Shown here: positions 1 to 8,955 of the stretch, one piece after another
How positions within the stretch are numbered: the stretch's first letter is position 1
Layout of the letters: each line of letters begins with the position of its first letter
Source of the DNA: Actinomycetota bacterium
Lineage (GTDB): Bacteria; Actinomycetota; Acidimicrobiia; Spongiisociales; UBA5794
Assembly (NCBI GenBank): GCA_027728645.1
Contig: JAQCAA010000003.1
Span: forward strand, 1-41,790
Length of the DNA stretch: 41,790 nt
Direction: 5' to 3'
Notes under the pieces: model-generated
What the model was told of the DNA's origin: nothing
The model's database searches: none
What the model saw: the letters and a program-made list of their open reading frames with translations, nothing else
Position numbers and translations under genes: made by a program

Positions 1-1081
1 TCTTGTCGTGGCGTCTGATCTTCCGCGCACGATGACAACGGCTGAAGCATTCGGGGGCGCTGAACCAGACCCCGGCTTCCGGGAATTCTCCGTCGGACAC
101 TGGGAAGGCCTGACCTCTGTTGAGGTCGCTGAACGTTTCCCGCTTGAGAGGGAAGCTTTCCTCCGCGGCGAAGACGTTGCCCCAGGTGGCGGAGAACAGA
201 TGTCTGCATTTCGTGAACGCGTCGGAAACTCCTTTGATCGTCTGACCGATCGCATGGATGACGGCGACCACGCAGTGCTCGTCACCCATGGCGGGGTGAT
301 TTGGTCGCTCATGAGTCTGGTTCTCGGGCTCGGCAATGGTGCAGCGATGATTCCTTCGCACAACACAGCGTTCTCTCAGATCATCGTCAGCAGTTCCGGC
401 GAGCGAAGGATCGAGGTATTCAACGACGCAACCCACCTCGACACAACCCCAACCCAATTCGGACCTGAAGGAAGCCACGCAACGTTCGTCCGGCACGGTC
501 AGTCGTTTGGAAATGTGGCCGGCAGATGGGACAGCACAACAGACTCCGAGCTGACCGACCTTGGGAAGGAGCAGGCGGCTCTCGCAGCAGCGCATGTCCC
601 GCAGGTCAAGTCGCTCTACAGCTCCCCACTGCGACGGACGAGCCAAACGGCAGGGATCATCGGGTCAGAGATCGGGACGGAGACGGCTCACGACGAGGGC
701 TTGGTTGAGATGTTCTTTGGGGCGTGGGAGGGACTCACAAGTACTGAGATCCTTGCGCTCCACGGAGACGACATTGCCGAGTATGAGAGCGGCAACGGAG
801 ACGACTCTCCTCGCGGAGGCACCGGTGAGTCCCTTACCGGCGCTGGTCTTCGCATGCGTGAGACGGTGCACCGCCTCTCACAGCACTCTGTTGACGGTTC
901 CTTTGTAGCTGTATCCCACGGTGCCGCGATTCGGGCGCTTGCTGTCAATGTGCTTGGGGTCAAAAACGCCGGGAGAGGGAAACTCGCAATCCCTCGGAAC
1001 ACCGCTCAGTCGAAGTTGGTACTCACAGATTCGACTGTCGTTCTTGGGTCGTACAACGTCGCCCCTCACATGGAGGCGTGA
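1..1081 (+). CDS. Histidine phosphatase (PGAM family) protein with two tandem domains; 5'-truncated by the window
   Basis: Frame is open from position 2 (LVVASDLPRT...). Domain 1 keeps SDLxR, E..G.WEG and VTHGG. Domain 2 has RHGQS, SSPLRR, EMFFGAWEG and VSHG. The RHG of domain 1 lies upstream of the window. Confidence 0.88.
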   Translation, partial: LVVASDLPRTMTTAEAFGGAEPDPGFREFSVGHWEGLTSVEVAERFPLEREAFLRGEDVAPGGGEQMSAFRERVGNSFDRLTDRMDDGDHAVLVTHGGVIWSLMSLVLGLGNGAAMIPSHNTAFSQIIVSSSGERRIEVFNDATHLDTTPTQFGPEGSHATFVRHGQSFGNVAGRWDSTTDSELTDLGKEQAALAAAHVPQVKSLYSSPLRRTSQTAGIIGSEIGTETAHDEGLVEMFFGAWEGLTSTEILALHGDDIAEYESGNGDDSPRGGTGESLTGAGLRMRETVHRLSQHSVDGSFVAVSHGAAIRALAVNVLGVKNAGRGKLAIPRNTAQSKLVLTDSTVVLGSYNVAPHMEA

Positions 1082-1084
1082 TCC

Positions 1085-2152
1085 GTGCGGCTCCTGATCG
1101 TGACGAACGATTATCCGCCGAAGCCCGGCGGCATCCAGATGTATCTCCAGAACCTCGTTGATGCCTACCCAGACCCCGTCCACGTTGTGGCACCATCCGA
1201 CGACGAAGCATCGTCAAACGAGATGGGTGTTACTCGTGGGCACAAGGGATACATGCTGCCAACCGCCAAGACATATCGTCTCGTCGCACAGGCAACTTCC
1301 GAATTCCGCCCAGACGCCATTCTCTTCGGAGCACCCCACCCGCTCACACCTCTCGGCCCGAAGCTTCGTGAAGAATTTGATGTTCCATTCGGGATCCTGA
1401 GCCACGGTGGAGAGGTCACTCTTCCTGGAGCTGTGCCGCTCGTCAGCCGATGGCTTGGGAAGACGCTTGCCGCGGCAGATGTCAGATTCGCGGTGAGCCG
1501 ATTCACCGCAGACAAAGTTGCGGCGCTGTCCCACGCACCGGTCACCTTCCTGGGGGCAGGGGTGGAAGTTGCCACGTTCACACCTCCTGCGACGCCGCTC
1601 GCAAACTCCAAACCTGTGATCGGTTGCGTCAGCCGGTTTGTACCGCGGAAAGGGCAGGACCGGCTGATCGAAGCCGTGGCGATGCTCGACATCGAAGTGC
1701 AACTGCTCCTTGTCGGGAAGGGCCGCACCGAGAAAAGCCTTCGGAAGAAGGCAGAAGCCCTCGGAGTGGACGCCCGGTTCGAAATTGATGTTCCATGGTC
1801 CGACCTTGCAGACTTGTACCGGCAGATGGATGTGTTCGTGATGCCCTGTAGGTCACGATGGGGCGGACATGAGATAGAGGGTCTTGGACTCGTCTTTCTA
1901 GAGGCAGCTTCCACCGGTCTTCCTGTCATTGCTGGAGACTCCGGAGGCTCGCCAGAGACTGTGATAGCTGGCAAAACGGGATATGTGGCAACCAAGCCAG
2001 TGGAAATCGCGGCGCTCCTTTCATCGCTGCTTGCCGACCGCCAGAAAGCCTCCACGATGGGTCTTGCTGGAAGGGAATTTGTTACCAGCGAGTTCACCTG
2101 GGATCGGGTGGTTTCACGGTTGCGCGACGGTTTTAGCCCTCACCTGCGCTAG
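1085..2152 (+). CDS. GT4 glycosyltransferase, PimB'-like phosphatidylinositol mannosyltransferase
   Basis: N-terminal LLIVTNDYPPKPGGIQ, SRFVPRKGQD, and the EGLGLVFLEA (EX7E) motif. Confidence 0.85.
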   Translation: MRLLIVTNDYPPKPGGIQMYLQNLVDAYPDPVHVVAPSDDEASSNEMGVTRGHKGYMLPTAKTYRLVAQATSEFRPDAILFGAPHPLTPLGPKLREEFDVPFGILSHGGEVTLPGAVPLVSRWLGKTLAAADVRFAVSRFTADKVAALSHAPVTFLGAGVEVATFTPPATPLANSKPVIGCVSRFVPRKGQDRLIEAVAMLDIEVQLLLVGKGRTEKSLRKKAEALGVDARFEIDVPWSDLADLYRQMDVFVMPCRSRWGGHEIEGLGLVFLEAASTGLPVIAGDSGGSPETVIAGKTGYVATKPVEIAALLSSLLADRQKASTMGLAGREFVTSEFTWDRVVSRLRDGFSPHLR

Positions 2153-2173
2153 GTTCCGCCCCGCGTGCCGGTC

Positions 2174-2202
2174 TTGACAGGCACGGCGCCGTGTCGTATT
2201 GG
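2174..2202 (+). promoter_or_regulatory. Putative housekeeping-sigma promoter for topA
   Basis: Perfect TTGACA at 2174-2179, 17-nt spacer, weak -10 (TATTGG). Confidence 0.4.
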
Positions 2203-2232
2203 TGTATGCCAACCCTTCCGAATGGAACTGCA

Positions 2233-5001
2233 TTGTCCAAGAAACTTGTCATCGTCGAATCGCCAGCCAAGGCGAAAACCATTGGGGGCTACCTTGGCGC
2301 GGACTTCATCGTTGAATCCTCTGTTGGACACATCAGGGACATCCCATCGAGAAAGAGGGATCTTCCAGAGAGCAGGCAAGACGCGTGGGCTAAGACTCGA
2401 TTCGGCATCGACATTGAGAACGACTTCACACCCATCTATATGGTGTCGGAATCCTCCAAACGCCAGGTGCAACTGCTCAAGAAGCTTCTGAAGGAAGTCG
2501 ACGAGCTCTACCTCGCAACTGATGAAGATCGCGAAGGTGAAGCGATTGCGTGGCACCTGCTTGAGGAACTCAAGCCAAAGGTGCCTGTCCAGAGAATGGT
2601 GTTCCACGAGATCACAAAGAAGGCGATCGAGGAGGCGGCAGCGAACCCTCGCGATCTCGATGTGCCACTCGTCCATGCCCAAGAAACGAGACGAATCCTT
2701 GACAGACTCTTCGGTTTCGAGGTTTCTCCTGTTCTGTGGAGGCGAGTGAGGCGAGGGCTGTCTGCGGGAAGGGTGCAGTCGCCAGCGACCAGGATCCTTG
2801 TCGACCGCGAGCGCGAACGCATGGCGTTCATCCGCTCGGCCTACTCGGGTCTCAAGGCAACGCTTTCGACAAAGGGCGCAGAGTTTCCAGCGCAGCTTCG
2901 CTCGATAGACAGCGTGAGGGTCGCCGATGGAAGCGATTTCGACGACAACGGAGTGCTGAAGAAGGACAGAAGAGCACTGTCTTCGGATGACGCGGTCGGA
3001 CTTGCCCAGGGGCTCAGCGGTGCTGACTTCACCGTTGGCTCGGTCGAGCGCAAACCGTATACCCGTAAGCCATACGCCCCATTCCGTACATCGACCCTTC
3101 AGCAGGAGGCTTCGCACAAACTGCGGTTTGGTGCGAGGCGCACCATGAGCGCCGCCCAAGCGCTCTACGAGCAGGGTTTCATCACGTATATGAGGACGGA
3201 TTCCACAAACCTTTCTGCCACTGCGGTTCAAGCAGCGAGGTCGTTGGTCTCTGATCGATACGGATCGCAATTCCTTCCAGACAAGCCACGTGTCTACGGT
3301 GCCAAAGCAAAGGGTGCTCAGGAGGCCCACGAGGCCATCCGACCATCGGGTGAGCGGTTCCAGGACATGGACCGTGCCGCTGGGCAATTCGGGCCGAATT
3401 CGGATGCGTCGAGGCTGTACGAGCTGATCTGGATGCGGACCGTTGCTTCCCAGATGAAGGACGCTGTTGGAGAAAGTCTCACGGTCAATATCGAAGCTGA
3501 GACTCTCGATGGTCAGACCTGTGCGTTTCGTGCTGGAGGGCGAACGATCACCTTCCCTGGCTTCTTGCGGGCATACGTCGAGGGTCACGACGACCCAGAC
3601 GCAGCGCTCGACGACCAGGAAACCCATCTACCCCAGATGACCGAGGGCGACACCCTCGTTGCGGTCGCACTTGAGCCAACGGACCACGAAACAAAGCCTC
3701 CAGCGAGGTACACCGAGGCTTCACTTGTGAAGCGCATGGAGGAGCTTGGGATCGGCAGACCCTCGACATACGCCTCCATCATTTCAACAATCCTCGACCG
3801 CGAGTACTGCTACAAGCAAGGGACAGCGCTCGTGCCCACGTGGAGGGCATTTGGCGTAATCGGGCTTCTCGAAAAGTATTTTGCTGACTATGTCGACTAC
3901 GACTTCACGGCAAAGATGGAGCAGGACCTTGACCGCATCGCCTCGGGCGACGAGCAGATGGTGCCGTACCTCAAGGCCTTCTACTTCGGGAACGGCCGGC
4001 CTGGCACTGGCATTGTCGACTTGGTGTCAGACGATGCCCTTGAGCGCATCGATCCAAAGGAAGTCAACTCGTTTTTGATCGGTGCCGGCGACGACGACGA
4101 GCCGATCATCGCAAGGTCTGGCCAGTACGGTCCGTATGTCCAACGTGGCGAGGACAGCGCATCGATTCCTCCTGATCTCCCGCCAGACGAGTTGACGGTC
4201 GCCAAGGCAGAAGCGCTTCTGAACGAACCGAAGGACGAGCGGTCACTTGGAAACGACCCAGAGTCAGGGCTCGAGGTGTTCCTCAAGACTGGACGGTTCG
4301 GCCCGTACATCCAGCTCGGCGAACGTATACCCGACTCGGACGAAAAGCCTCGGATGGCCTCGGTGTTCAAGTCAATGAACCCAGAGACACTGACGCTCGA
4401 CGATGCCCTCAAACTGATAACGATTCCACGCGAGCTCGGACCGCACCCCGACGACGCAGAGCCCGTTTTTGCAAAGAACGGTCCTCATGGTCCGTATGTC
4501 AACTGGGGCAAGGAGAACCGCTCGATCGGTTCCGAGGACCAATTGCTCACAATCACTCTTGACGAGGCAATCGTCGAACTCGCAAAGCCTCGTGAACGGA
4601 GAGGCGCCAAGCCGCCGCTCAAGGAGCTTGGCAAGGACCCTGTATCTGGGAAAGACATCGTCGTGAAAGATGGACGATTCGGTCTCTACATGACAGACGG
4701 CGAAACCAATGTGTCGTTCCGGGTGGCAGAGAACCTCGAAAACATCACCCTTGAGCATGCTGCAGACCGTCTTGCAGAAAAGCGTGCAAAGGGTCCTGCT
4801 CCGAAAAAGTCGCGAGCGAAGAAGCCGGCCAAGAAGCCGGCCAAGAAGCCGGCCGCAGCGAAGAAGCCCAAGGTGAACCCAGACTCTGGCGACGGCGGGT
4901 CGAGCCGTCAGAGATGGGACGGGAGCGCCAGCCCGCGTCCTGCCGACGGAGAGCTACACAAGATTATTGGATCGACTCAGAATCGACGAGAAGACGACTA
5001 G
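2233..5001 (+). CDS. topA: DNA topoisomerase I (type IA, actinobacterial type with C-terminal repeats and Lys-rich tail)
   Basis: KKLVIVESPAKAKTI, ATDEDREGE, SAGRVQS, ITYMRTDS, GRFGPY repeats and KKPA tail. Start uncertain (TTG 2233 or ATG 2206). Confidence 0.97.
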   Translation: MSKKLVIVESPAKAKTIGGYLGADFIVESSVGHIRDIPSRKRDLPESRQDAWAKTRFGIDIENDFTPIYMVSESSKRQVQLLKKLLKEVDELYLATDEDREGEAIAWHLLEELKPKVPVQRMVFHEITKKAIEEAAANPRDLDVPLVHAQETRRILDRLFGFEVSPVLWRRVRRGLSAGRVQSPATRILVDRERERMAFIRSAYSGLKATLSTKGAEFPAQLRSIDSVRVADGSDFDDNGVLKKDRRALSSDDAVGLAQGLSGADFTVGSVERKPYTRKPYAPFRTSTLQQEASHKLRFGARRTMSAAQALYEQGFITYMRTDSTNLSATAVQAARSLVSDRYGSQFLPDKPRVYGAKAKGAQEAHEAIRPSGERFQDMDRAAGQFGPNSDASRLYELIWMRTVASQMKDAVGESLTVNIEAETLDGQTCAFRAGGRTITFPGFLRAYVEGHDDPDAALDDQETHLPQMTEGDTLVAVALEPTDHETKPPARYTEASLVKRMEELGIGRPSTYASIISTILDREYCYKQGTALVPTWRAFGVIGLLEKYFADYVDYDFTAKMEQDLDRIASGDEQMVPYLKAFYFGNGRPGTGIVDLVSDDALERIDPKEVNSFLIGAGDDDEPIIARSGQYGPYVQRGEDSASIPPDLPPDELTVAKAEALLNEPKDERSLGNDPESGLEVFLKTGRFGPYIQLGERIPDSDEKPRMASVFKSMNPETLTLDDALKLITIPRELGPHPDDAEPVFAKNGPHGPYVNWGKENRSIGSEDQLLTITLDEAIVELAKPRERRGAKPPLKELGKDPVSGKDIVVKDGRFGLYMTDGETNVSFRVAENLENITLEHAADRLAEKRAKGPAPKKSRAKKPAKKPAKKPAAAKKPKVNPDSGDGGSSRQRWDGSASPRPADGELHKIIGSTQNRREDD

Positions 5002-5079
5002 CTCAGTCTCAGACCTTCTCATCCGTTCCTGTGTACGGCGGATCTATCGACGTGATGGCAGAGACGCGCCGTTGCCTGA
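4872..5079. other. Structured insertion of about 210 nt interrupting the topA 3' tail (mobile or ncRNA-like element of unknown class)
   Basis: Nested inverted repeats; the in-frame Lys-rich remnant CCA AAA AAG CCA GCG AAG AAG AAG TCG TAG follows at 5080-5109. Confidence 0.6.
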
Positions 5080-5157
5080 CCAAAAAAGCCAGCGAAGAAG
5101 AAGTCGTAGGGTCTCGTCCGCATCTCGGAGGGCTCTGATGACCGGTACCGTGTGGGC

Positions 5158-5766
5158 ATGACTGATCTTGCGCGGCGATACATCGCCTTCGAAGGGATTG
5201 AAGGGGCTGGTAAGTCGACGGTGGCGCGTCACGTCGCAGACCATCTCCGCGCCACCGGTCACGAGGTGGTGCTCGTGCGTGAGCCGGGAGGCACCGAAGT
5301 CGGAGAGAGTATCCGGCAGATCCTTCTTGGAGACGGCGAAGCACCTTCACCCCTCGCAGAAGCCGCACTGTTTGCTGCCTCAAGGGCACATTTGGTTCAC
5401 ACGATCGTACGACCCGCCCTCACAGCTGGATCGTGGGTCATCTCTGACCGCACGGCATATTCGTCGCTTGCGTATCAGGCGATCGGGCGCGGACTTGACC
5501 TTGATGCGATCAGAACTCTCAACGACATCGCGATCGGTGGGCTCTGGCCCGGAACGGTGGTTCTCCTCACGGTCGCGACCGATGAAGGTCTCGCCAGGCA
5601 AGCCGTCGACGACCGGATTGGGGGAGAGGCTGTGGCTTTTCACAGAGCCGTCGCAGCCGGATTCGATTCACTTGCCGCAGCCGAGCCCGAGCGCTTTGTA
5701 GTGGTGGACGCCTCAAAAGCGATAGAGGATGTCGCGGCCGCTGTCATAGACCGGCTTGGCTTGTGA
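5158..5766 (+). CDS. tmk: Thymidylate kinase
   Basis: FEGIEGAGKST P-loop, REPGGT, DR...SSLAYQ. TACCGT 6 nt upstream of the ATG suggests a leaderless mRNA. Confidence 0.96.
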   Translation: MTDLARRYIAFEGIEGAGKSTVARHVADHLRATGHEVVLVREPGGTEVGESIRQILLGDGEAPSPLAEAALFAASRAHLVHTIVRPALTAGSWVISDRTAYSSLAYQAIGRGLDLDAIRTLNDIAIGGLWPGTVVLLTVATDEGLARQAVDDRIGGEAVAFHRAVAAGFDSLAAAEPERFVVVDASKAIEDVAAAVIDRLGL

Positions 5767-6824
5767 CCCCTTTCTCAGAAGTCATTGGCCACGCGGCTGT
5801 CGTCAGCCTGCTCACGTCAGAACTTGAGAACCCCGCCCATGCGTATCTCTTCGTCGGGCCTTCGAATGTTGGGAAGGCTCTGATCGCCAGAGAGTTCGCA
5901 GCCCATCTCGTCGGGGGAGATGATCCCGATGCTGTGCGGCGAGCCGTCGAGGCGAAACATCCAGACGTCATCGTTGTGGCCCCCGAGGGCAGGTCATCGA
6001 TCACGGTCGATCAAGCACGTTCCGTGGTTTCATCGGCAGTGCTCGCCCCTCTTGAGGCGAACACCAAGGTGTATCTCTTTGAGGAAGCATCGATGCTCAA
6101 CGACGAGGCAGCCAATGCCCTTCTCAAAACGATCGAAGAACCAATCCACTCGTCTTCCTTTCTCCTTGTGGCTGACTCTGAGAACGACCTCCCATCCACC
6201 GTGGCCAGCAGGTGCAGAACGATTGTGTTCGGACGCGTCAGCGAAAGCGATCTTGTGGCTGGCCTCGTGAAGCACGGTGTTGAACCTGATCGTGCCCTTG
6301 AAGCGGCAAAAATCTCGGGGGGGCGCCCAGGTTTGGCACTTGCTCTGGCAACTGAGCCTGCGGTGGCTGCGTATCGAGATGCGTGGATGTCGGTGCCAGC
6401 GGAAGTCACAGACCATCCGGGCGATGCGTACCGGCTTGTGGGCGATGTGCTTGATGCAACAGAGCCGCTGCTTGATGCCATCAAGCGACGCCAAGCAGAC
6501 GAACTGGCTCTTCACCATCCCGATGGGAACGCCCCAAGGACATTCATCGACCGTCAGCAGCGCGAGCTTTCGAGGGCTTCGGATGCGCTGTACGTGACGG
6601 GGCTTGAACTGCTCGCGAGTTTCTATCGTGACACCGCTGCGGCTCAGCTTGGTGCCGAAGTGGTGAACGCAGACGTAGACGTCACGCTCCTGACGCGGCT
6701 CGATGTGCCGACAGCTGTGGCTCGTGCTGAGAGAGTTTTTGGCGCAATCGAGGCACTCGAAGCGAACCAACGACCGAACCTCGCTCTTGCGTCGCTGTTC
6801 GTGGACCTTGGTCAGGATGCCTAG
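5763..6824 (+). CDS. holB: DNA polymerase III subunit delta'
   Basis: HAYLFVGP..VGK, HPDV, AANALLKTIEEP, TVASRC (SRC); follows tmk. Confidence 0.93.
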   Translation: MTPFSEVIGHAAVVSLLTSELENPAHAYLFVGPSNVGKALIAREFAAHLVGGDDPDAVRRAVEAKHPDVIVVAPEGRSSITVDQARSVVSSAVLAPLEANTKVYLFEEASMLNDEAANALLKTIEEPIHSSSFLLVADSENDLPSTVASRCRTIVFGRVSESDLVAGLVKHGVEPDRALEAAKISGGRPGLALALATEPAVAAYRDAWMSVPAEVTDHPGDAYRLVGDVLDATEPLLDAIKRRQADELALHHPDGNAPRTFIDRQQRELSRASDALYVTGLELLASFYRDTAAAQLGAEVVNADVDVTLLTRLDVPTAVARAERVFGAIEALEANQRPNLALASLFVDLGQDA

Positions 6825-7458
6825 GCGGTCCGTAGTTCGACGGGCGATGGATGCCGTGGCTAGGCCCCCAGTGAGGGCCCTGTCGAAGCTTCTCCTCGAT
6901 CTTTCTGTATCAGGGACCGATCATGTACCAGCCGAAGGCGGTTTCATTCTCGCCTCCAACCACTTCTCACACCTCGACCCACCGCTTCTCCAGCTGTACT
7001 CAGGCCACGACGTGCGGTTTCTCGCAGTCGACGAACTCTTCGGCAAGTCGATGTTTCTCGACGCAGCGCTGAAGCACGGCGCCTCGATACCGCTCGACCG
7101 CGATGGCTACCCGGTCGCCGCGATGCGAGAGGCAATCGAGCATCTCGAAGGGGGAAACAGCCTTGGCTTGTTTCCAGAGGGACGTCGCGTCGAGCGGTGG
7201 GGGGTTGGCGATCCGAAGCGGGGAGCTGCTTGGCTGTCGTGGATGACCGGTGCGCCTCTCATCCCCGTAGCGATCCATGGGACTCAGCACACACTTTCAC
7301 CAGCGGACCGCGGGCTGCACAGGACAGCCGTGCGTATCTGGTACGAACCACCATTGTGGTGGCACAACTATTCGGACCGCTTGGATCCCGTCGGCTCGAT
7401 GACAGCTGATTGGTTTGATGCGGTCGACCGTAGGCTTTCAGATTGGATGGAAACATGA
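6817..7458 (+). CDS. Lysophospholipid acyltransferase (PlsC-like)
   Basis: NHFSHLD (HX4D) and FPEGRR motifs. Start moved to ATG 6817, overlapping the holB end. Confidence 0.9.
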   Translation: MPRRSVVRRAMDAVARPPVRALSKLLLDLSVSGTDHVPAEGGFILASNHFSHLDPPLLQLYSGHDVRFLAVDELFGKSMFLDAALKHGASIPLDRDGYPVAAMREAIEHLEGGNSLGLFPEGRRVERWGVGDPKRGAAWLSWMTGAPLIPVAIHGTQHTLSPADRGLHRTAVRIWYEPPLWWHNYSDRLDPVGSMTADWFDAVDRRLSDWMET

Positions 7459-8366
7459 CACAGAAACGGATTGTGATTGCAGGTGGATCCGGATTGATCG
7501 GGTCCGCCCTTACCGAGGCTTTACAGGCGCGAGGGGACACAGTTGTGACGCTTGTGAGGTTTGCACCCGACGCTGGCACAGATGCCGACACGTTTGTTTG
7601 GGGACCGAGGACGGGGGGTCTCGATCCGGCAGCGCTTGAGGGCGCCGACGCCGTGGTGGTTCTCAGCGGTGTCCCTATTGCAGGGAAGCGGTGGACCGAA
7701 GAGCGCAAAGCTCTGATCCTCTCTTCGCGAACCGACTCTGTCGGCACGGTCGCAAGGACCATGGCCGCCATGGACAACCCGCCCCCAGTTCTTCTCGCAT
7801 CTTCAGCCATCGGCTTCTACGGGGAACGCGGCGATGACGTGCTCACTGAAGAGGAGCCGTCGGGGGAAGGATTCTTTGCAGATGTGTGCTCGGCGTGGGA
7901 GGGAGCAGCCCGTCCTGCGAAAGCTGCCGGAGTCCGAGTTGTGAACATGCGGACGGGCCTCGTGATGTCTGGCAACGGAGGAGCGCTCGATCCGATGCTC
8001 CCTCTCTTCAAGCTCGGAATCGGGGGACGAATCGGCAACGGCAAACAATGGTGGTCGTGGGTGTCTGAGGAGGACTGCGTGCGGGCCTTTCTGCACTGCA
8101 TCGATGAGGACATTCGCGGTCCCGTCAATGTCGTATCTCCAAACCCGGTCACCAACGCCCAATTCACAAAGGCCCTCGGCAAGGCAGTCCACCGACCGAC
8201 GTTGCTGCCAACCCCAAGATTTGGCCTCACTGTTCGTCTCGGAAGCGAACTCGCCGAAGCGGTTGGCTACGTGTCCCACAGAGTCGAGCCAGCGGTGTTG
8301 AAGAATTCCGGTTTCGAATTCACCCACGAAACCATCGACACGGCCCTGGAAGCAGCACTCGCCTGA
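7455..8366 (+). CDS. TIGR01777 family NAD-dependent epimerase/oxidoreductase (YfcH-like)
   Basis: GGSGLIG, RWTEERK..I..SR, ASSAIGFYG, GGRIGNGKQWWSWV, GPVNVVSPNPV. Confidence 0.93.
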   Translation: MTQKRIVIAGGSGLIGSALTEALQARGDTVVTLVRFAPDAGTDADTFVWGPRTGGLDPAALEGADAVVVLSGVPIAGKRWTEERKALILSSRTDSVGTVARTMAAMDNPPPVLLASSAIGFYGERGDDVLTEEEPSGEGFFADVCSAWEGAARPAKAAGVRVVNMRTGLVMSGNGGALDPMLPLFKLGIGGRIGNGKQWWSWVSEEDCVRAFLHCIDEDIRGPVNVVSPNPVTNAQFTKALGKAVHRPTLLPTPRFGLTVRLGSELAEAVGYVSHRVEPAVLKNSGFEFTHETIDTALEAALA

Positions 8367-8420
8367 TCCCACGAGGTGGGGGAGACTGTTCAACGGCTGT
8401 TGGTATCATCGCACTCGCCG

Positions 8421-8495
8421 GCCGGGGTAGCTCAGGGGTAGAGCAACGCACTCGTAATGCGTAGGCCGCGGGTTCAAATCCCGCCTCCGGCTCCA
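8421..8495 (+). tRNA. tRNA-Thr(CGT)
   Basis: Acceptor GCCGGGG/CTCCGGC, anticodon arm ACGCA-CTCGTAA-TGCGT, T-arm GCGGG-TTCAAAT-CCCGC, encoded CCA; extended -10 TGGTATCAT at 8401-8409. Confidence 0.97.
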
Positions 8496-8505
8496 AACTT
8501 CAAAC

Positions 8506-8553
8506 CGTTTTGGCGTGAGGCACGGGAAGATATTCCCGCTAGCCACGCCAAAA
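8506..8553. repeat. REP-like palindromic element, copy 1
   Basis: TTTTGGCGTG...CACGCCAAAA outer stem with inner CGGGAA/TTCCCG stem; 44/48 identical to 17982-18029. Confidence 0.85.
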
Positions 8554-8566
8554 AGTTCTTTTGGGA

Positions 8567-8588
8567 GCCGCGGGTCCAAATCCCGCCT
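8567..8588 (+). repeat. Partial duplication of the tRNA-Thr(CGT) T-arm region (att-like remnant)
   Basis: GCCGCGGGTCCAAATCCCGCCT matches tRNA positions 8465-8486 at 21/22 nt. Confidence 0.8.
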
Positions 8589-8955
8589 ACCGATCGACGT
8601 CTACCACCAACGGACCCGTGCCATCGCCGAAGCGCATAACCACTGCCTCGACATCTTGGTCGGAGGACACCACTTCGCGGTGGACCACCCCGGCAGGGAC
8701 AACAACGAAATCGCCCTCCGTGGCTGTGGCCGTCTCAACGTGACCATCGCCGTGCTCGACAGTGAGTGAGCCAGCCAACATGTAGAACACCGTGGTGTTC
8801 GAACCGTGATGGTGCCAACCGGTCGAAGCGCCAGCTGGAACAGTCGAGAGCCCAGCCCACAGGGTCGGTTCATCAATAGCGGGGCTTCGAATAATCGAAC
8901 CTTGTTCTGCACCTGTTGCACGCGCTTTCTCAACCCTCACGCGATCCATCGCCAT
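8587..8955 (-). CDS. Cupin domain protein
   Basis: GWHHH...FYMLAG and GDFVVVPAGVVHRE cupin motifs; GGGAG directly upstream of the start. Confidence 0.9.
   Translation of the reverse strand: MAMDRVRVEKARATGAEQGSIIRSPAIDEPTLWAGLSTVPAGASTGWHHHGSNTTVFYMLAGSLTVEHGDGHVETATATEGDFVVVPAGVVHREVVSSDQDVEAVVMRFGDGTGPLVVDVDR

Noticed and set aside
2149-3627. 492-aa antisense ORF, and similar long ORFs such as 1165-2097, 26336-27370 and 27376-28314
   Set aside because: They shadow well-supported genes on the opposite strand, show no recognisable motifs, and are expected in high-GC coding DNA
4872-5079. Group I or group II intron, or hammerhead ribozyme, identity for the insert
   Set aside because: No recognisable P7 (R/S) elements, GUGYG start or domain V, or CUGANGA/GAAA core on either strand by eye
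4996-5080. T4 gene 60-style ribosomal bypass (GAC-UAG in a small hairpin, landing at GAC 5078-5080)
   Set aside because: Landing on that matched codon resumes in the QKSQRRR frame, not the Lys-rich PKKPAKKKS frame
4868-5083. CCAA as a target-site duplication of the topA insert
   Set aside because: The copies are 212 nt apart, so precise excision would not restore the Lys-rich frame; a 4-nt match is weak evidence
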